Origin: an uncultured Candidatus Saccharibacteria bacterium
GTDB lineage: Bacteria > Patescibacteriota > Minisyncoccia > Phycocordibacterales > WO2-35-19
DNA length: 54,159 nucleotides
Reading direction: 5' to 3'
Assembly: GCA_964455485.1 (NCBI GenBank)
Contig: CAYVXT010000034.1
Span: 1-54,159, forward strand
The position numbers and the translations under genes were made by a program. Under the pieces are notes generated by a model. The model was given only the letters and a program-made list of their open reading frames with translations, did no database searches and was not told where the DNA came from. The number at the start of each line of letters is the position of its first letter. Position 1 is the stretch's first letter. Positions 50,020 through 54,159 of this stretch are shown piece after piece.

Positions 50020-50604
50020 TTGTATCATAAACATCATACAAAAGCTGTTGTAATCGGGAATATGAGTGAGAGCATCGATAGCTCAAGGGTTATTTTGTTT
50101 ACTGATCAATTTGGTTTGGTGTATGCAAGAGTCCAGGCAGCTAAAAATATTAGCTCAAAGCTAAGGCATGGTACTCAAGACTATACTTATGGCCAATTTT
50201 CACTTATTAAAGGCAAGTCTGGGTGGAAGGCCGTGTCAGTAATACCTGAGAAAAATTATTTTGAATTATTAAAGAGCTCAAATCAAAAAACTGCAGTAAT
50301 GGTGAGTGTGTTGAACTTACTTAAAAAATTATCACCTGAGGAAGATAGTGCATCGCCGCTTTTTGAAATAATAAAAAATTTTTTAGAGTTTATCGTTCAT
50401 TCAAAAGAAGGGGATGTGATGCTTGCAGAATGTTTAGTCTTATTGCGAATCCTTCATACCCTTGGATATATGCGACATGATCCAGAGCTTAGTCTACCAA
50501 TTTCAAGAAGTGAAATTTCTGCTGCAGATATTGAACTTGTTGCGCCCCGGCGGACTAAAATCATAGCTCTTATAAATGAATCGTTAAGGGCTACCCATAT
50601 TTAA
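50020..50604 (+). CDS. recO: DNA repair protein RecO (short form)
   Basis: The N-terminal OB-fold pattern (TKAVVIGNMSESIDSSRVILFTDQFGLVYARVQAAKNISSKLR) is followed by a helical domain. TTG start. Moderate certainty. Confidence 0.6.
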   Translation: MYHKHHTKAVVIGNMSESIDSSRVILFTDQFGLVYARVQAAKNISSKLRHGTQDYTYGQFSLIKGKSGWKAVSVIPEKNYFELLKSSNQKTAVMVSVLNLLKKLSPEEDSASPLFEIIKNFLEFIVHSKEGDVMLAECLVLLRILHTLGYMRHDPELSLPISRSEISAADIELVAPRRTKIIALINESLRATHI

Positions 50605-50622
50605 AAATGTTATAATAAAAAT

Positions 50623-52566
50623 ATGAGTTATGGTGATGAGCCCAGAGAGAGGCTAAATAAGCTGGAAAAAAAACTTTATTCCAGAAACTTGCCAGATGCT
50701 ACTGACGCTGAAAGATCGTCTTTAGGGGATCGCCCCGATACTGGTGTAGACGAGGGCTGGAAGGATTTAAAGCAAAACAATTTTGATAATATAGTGTCTA
50801 AATTTTCAAAGACAGCAGAAGGTAAGCATAACGCGGTCAAAAAAATATTTTATGCGTCATTGGTATTTTTTGTTGTGGCCTTAATGGCTGCTATATTTGT
50901 ATTTTTGGGTGGTATGAACATGGTTTCTTCGCGCAATGTTGATATACGTGTTTCTGGACCTCTTTCTGTTGCAGCAGGTCAGCAAATTTCATTGGATCTA
51001 AATGTGGTGAACAGTAACAACGTCGATTTAAACTCAGTAACTTTGTTATTAGAATACCCATCAGGCACTAGATCACCCTCAAACCTATCGCAAGAAATTG
51101 ATCGTGAAAAATTTGATCTTGATACGATAAAATCTGGTGAAAGTAAAAATCGCAGTGTAAGCCTGGTTTTCTTTGGGGAAAAAGAAAGTGTAAAACAGAT
51201 AAAAATGTCGCTTGAGTATAGGGTAGAAAATTCAAGTGCACTATTCTACAAAGACAAAAATTATGACGTTACCATAAGTTCTTCTCCGGTAATTATTACC
51301 CCAATATACCCAAAGGAGGTAAATTCAAATCAAGACATGTCTTTTGTTGTGGAGGTGGCTTCTAATTCTAAAGATAAAATTGACGACTTTTTAGTTTCCA
51401 TTGAATATCCTTTTGGTTTTGTTTTTGGAAATGCTAACCCAACTCCGACCTATGGCAATAATATATGGAGGTTATCCAATCTTATGCCTGGCGACAAAAA
51501 GAGAATTTCGATTTTAGGTTCAATTTCAGGGCAAGATAATGAAGAACGCACATTTAGATTGACTGCGGGTACTCCAAATTCAGACGATGAAAGAGATATT
51601 GGTGTGTTGTTTGCTGAGTTGTCTGAGTCAGTAGTGGTAAAAAAACCATTTTTAGGCGTGGATTTTAAAGTGGGTGGAGGTAGTAATGATTATATTGCAA
51701 GAGGAGGAAGCCAGGTTGGTTCTGAAATATCAATAAAAAATAATTTACCTTCCAGGATATTTAACACTACAGTGGAAGTGGCTATTAAGGGTGGAGCATT
51801 TGATAGGTTGAGTGTGGCTGCAAATAATGGAGGTTTTTTCCAGTCATTCAATGATAGCCTTTTTTGGGATAAAAGATCAGTTCAAAAGCTAGCAGATATG
51901 GCTCCTGGCGAATCTGTTAACTTAGGATTTCAACTTACTCCACTCACATATTTTAAAATCCCGGAAGGAAGCAAGCCTGAAGTTGAAATGGAAGCAACTA
52001 TAAAAGGAGAGCGTGTACTAGATTCAGGAAAGGTTGAACAGATTACAATTATTGAAAAAAGGAAGGTTACACTAGCAACCGATTTGGTACTCGCATCTAG
52101 GACCGTAAGGTCGATTGGTAATATTGAAAATTCTGGGCCTGTACCACCTAGGGTAAATCAAGCAACAACCTATACTATACATTGGAGAATTGACAATAGT
52201 TTTAACCAGGTAAGCAACGCAGAAGTGAGAGCAACCTTGCCACCATATGTTAGATTTACAGGCATAAAATACCCAGCATCTGAACAAGTGTCATATAATG
52301 AAAATACAAAGGAAGTAGTTTGGGATGCGGGCGTAATATTGCCATTTACAGGTATTAATACTCCAGCAAAGGAAGTTTATTTCCAACTCGAATTTTTGCC
52401 AAGCACAAGCCAAATCAACCAGTCGCCGATGATATTGGGGAATCCAAATTTAACAGGAATCGACAAACTCTCTGGTCAAAAAATAAATTCATCAGCCTCG
52501 TTACACAGTATAAATTTCTCTACAGATCCAAATTTCAGGTCAGGGGATGACAAGGTTAGTCAATAG
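50623..52566 (+). CDS. hypothetical large membrane-anchored protein with repeated beta-sandwich-like modules
   Basis: 647 aa with one TM (IFYASLVFFVVALMAAIFVFLGG), then several ~100-aa strand-rich blocks. No family recognised. Confidence 0.6.
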   Translation: MSYGDEPRERLNKLEKKLYSRNLPDATDAERSSLGDRPDTGVDEGWKDLKQNNFDNIVSKFSKTAEGKHNAVKKIFYASLVFFVVALMAAIFVFLGGMNMVSSRNVDIRVSGPLSVAAGQQISLDLNVVNSNNVDLNSVTLLLEYPSGTRSPSNLSQEIDREKFDLDTIKSGESKNRSVSLVFFGEKESVKQIKMSLEYRVENSSALFYKDKNYDVTISSSPVIITPIYPKEVNSNQDMSFVVEVASNSKDKIDDFLVSIEYPFGFVFGNANPTPTYGNNIWRLSNLMPGDKKRISILGSISGQDNEERTFRLTAGTPNSDDERDIGVLFAELSESVVVKKPFLGVDFKVGGGSNDYIARGGSQVGSEISIKNNLPSRIFNTTVEVAIKGGAFDRLSVAANNGGFFQSFNDSLFWDKRSVQKLADMAPGESVNLGFQLTPLTYFKIPEGSKPEVEMEATIKGERVLDSGKVEQITIIEKRKVTLATDLVLASRTVRSIGNIENSGPVPPRVNQATTYTIHWRIDNSFNQVSNAEVRATLPPYVRFTGIKYPASEQVSYNENTKEVVWDAGVILPFTGINTPAKEVYFQLEFLPSTSQINQSPMILGNPNLTGIDKLSGQKINSSASLHSINFSTDPNFRSGDDKVSQ

Positions 52567-52599
52567 CCCAAAGTTATAAAGCGTGGTAATCTCTTTTAT

Positions 52600-53937
52600 A
52601 TGGCAGAAATGGAAAATAAAATGGAAAAAATAGTATCCCTTTGCAAAAGGAGAGGTTTTGTATTTCAAGGATCTGAAATTTATGGGGGACTTTCTGGTAC
52701 TTGGGACTACGGCCACTATGGATCGCTACTTGCCCATAATATAAAAGAGGTGTGGTGGAAACATTTTGTTGAAGAAAGAGAGGATAATTTTGCTATAACC
52801 ACCCCTACAATGATGCCAGAAGCAGTTTGGCGTGCTTCGGGGCACCTCGATGGTTTTACTGATCCAATGATTGAATGTAAAAAGTGTGGACACAGGTTTA
52901 GAGCCGATCATTTAAATAAAGAAAACTTAGAAAAACATAAATGCCCTGATTGTGGTGGAGAATTAGGTGAAGAAAAAGTTTTCAATCTTATGTTGCCAGT
53001 GTCTTTGGGGAGTGTTGAGGGAAAATCAAATACTGCATATCTAAGAGGTGAGATAGCGCAAGGTATGTTTGTAAATTTCAAAAACATATTGGATACAATG
53101 CGACCTGGTTTGCCATTTGGTTTGGCACAAATTGGAAGGGCTTACAGGAATGAAATTGCACCGCGAGACTTCCTTTTTAGAGTTCGAGAATTTGATTTGA
53201 TGGAATTTGAGTACTTTGTTAAAGAGGATACATGGGAAAAATATTTTGAAATGTGGAGGCAAGAAATGTGGAAATGGATAGATAGGGTTGGTATTGATAA
53301 AGATTCTGTCCATGAGCTGGAGGTGTCAGCTGAAGATAGGGCACATTATTCAAAGCGAACCATAGATTTCGAATTTGATTATCCATTTGGTAGAAAAGAA
53401 TTATACGGTCTTGCTTATAGAACTGACTATGATTTAAAAAAACACTCTGCGCACTCTGGTGTAGACATGACTTATTATAATGAGGAAAATAAGGAAAGGT
53501 TTACTCCCCATGTTATCGAACCCACCTTTGGTCATGGAAGAACCATGTTTGCGGTGCTACTCACTGCTTATACAGAAGATGAAATGAATGGGGAAGTAAG
53601 AACATTTTTGAAATTTAAGCCAAGTGTTGCTCCGGTGAAAGTGGCGGTGTTTCCATTACTCAAAAACAAACCAGATTTAGTAAATAAAGCTAGAGATATT
53701 TTCAAAATATTAAAAAAAGAATTTGGTTCAGTTGAATTTGACGATAATGGAAATATTGGCAAGAGGTATAGAAGACAGGATGAAATCGGCACACCATTTT
53801 GTGTGACTGTGGATTTTGAAACTATTGAAAAAGGGGAGGGTGTGACCGTAAGAGATAGAGATACTGGAGCTCAAGAGAGAGTAAAGGAAGCAGATCTTGT
53901 AAGTTACTTAAAAAACAAAATTTATACCTCATCTTAA
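52600..53937 (+). CDS. glyQS: glycine--tRNA ligase (dimeric class II type)
   Basis: MEKIVSLCKRRGFVFQGSEIYGGLSGTWDYGHYG, the class II motifs (FRNEIAPR-like AYRNEIAPRDFLFRVREF), and a C-terminal anticodon-binding domain. Confidence 0.9.
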   Translation: MAEMENKMEKIVSLCKRRGFVFQGSEIYGGLSGTWDYGHYGSLLAHNIKEVWWKHFVEEREDNFAITTPTMMPEAVWRASGHLDGFTDPMIECKKCGHRFRADHLNKENLEKHKCPDCGGELGEEKVFNLMLPVSLGSVEGKSNTAYLRGEIAQGMFVNFKNILDTMRPGLPFGLAQIGRAYRNEIAPRDFLFRVREFDLMEFEYFVKEDTWEKYFEMWRQEMWKWIDRVGIDKDSVHELEVSAEDRAHYSKRTIDFEFDYPFGRKELYGLAYRTDYDLKKHSAHSGVDMTYYNEENKERFTPHVIEPTFGHGRTMFAVLLTAYTEDEMNGEVRTFLKFKPSVAPVKVAVFPLLKNKPDLVNKARDIFKILKKEFGSVEFDDNGNIGKRYRRQDEIGTPFCVTVDFETIEKGEGVTVRDRDTGAQERVKEADLVSYLKNKIYTSS

Positions 53938-53973
53938 CTTTATACTTTATTAAGTATGCTTTATAATTGAAGC

Positions 53974-54159
53974 ATGTCTAATCCCTCCAAAGAAAACATA
54001 ATTCATATAAGTGCGGGTACGATTTTTAAAACACTTATAATAGTACTTATATTTGCAGCACTTTATTTCTTGCGGGACATAATGCTTGTGGTTTTACTTG
54101 CAATCATAATTGCATCAGCTGTAGAGCCGGGCACTCAATGGTTTATAAGGAGAAGGGTG
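53974..54159 (+). CDS. AI-2E (PerM-like) family transporter, 3'-partial
   Basis: The ATG at 53974 opens a frame that runs to the window edge: MSNPSKENIIHISAGTIFKTLIIVLIFAALYFLRDIMLVVLLAIIIASAVEPGTQWFIRRRV. The ...IIASA.EP...W pattern is typical of the family. Confidence 0.55.
   Translation, partial: MSNPSKENIIHISAGTIFKTLIIVLIFAALYFLRDIMLVVLLAIIIASAVEPGTQWFIRRRV

Overview
This is a gene-dense, low-GC bacterial chromosome segment. All calls come from reading the sequence and ORF translations; I ran no searches and computed no statistics. Several traits suggest a Candidate Phyla Radiation / Patescibacteria (Parcubacteria-like) genome, which is inference: a very small YidC, T4SS-pilin-type proteins, reduced YebC and HolA-like genes, a DUF5652-like membrane protein, and almost no Shine-Dalgarno sequences.

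Gene content:
- 1-11296: a co-directional type IV secretion-like cluster (VirB6/TrbL-like, PrgI-like, VirB4, and a pilin-like protein fused to an M15 peptidase).
- 11303-15205: the canonical origin neighbourhood (yidC-rnpA-rpmH on the minus strand, dnaA-dnaN on the plus strand, DnaA-box-like 9-mers between dnaA and dnaN).
- Housekeeping genes: PBP1A, tyrS, ruvB-yebC-ruvC, pilB, tsaE, polA, mutM, a Mur ligase, ruvA, rpsT, yhhQ, ruvX, pilMNO, an RluA-family synthase, ileS, recO and glyQS.
- Five tRNAs: Lys-UUU, Arg-GCG, Ser-UGA, Arg-UCU and Val-UAC.

Observations I rank highest:
1. ileS carries an in-frame insert of about 200 aa with every signature motif of a histidine phosphatase, nested inside the catalytic domain.
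2. Contiguous 9-bp iterons (TTAGNNNAA) form direct and inverted arrays in the two largest intergenic gaps of the T4SS-like cluster, and again 32 kb away.
3. A palindromic repeat with a perfect 19-bp stem sits in-frame inside tsaE. Related partial copies flank a DoxX gene and lie inside mutM (RPE-like behaviour).
4. An orphan structured RNA of about 215 nt has a consensus promoter, a 17-bp closing helix and a terminator.
5. A visibly GC-rich lipoprotein cassette has the only strong SD I noticed in the window.
6. Downstream of tRNA-Ser are three copies of the tRNA 3' end, a GIY-YIG gene, and then degraded genes (an HAD gene with an in-frame TAA and a frameshifted SET-domain gene). tRNA-Arg(GCG) has a similar remnant.
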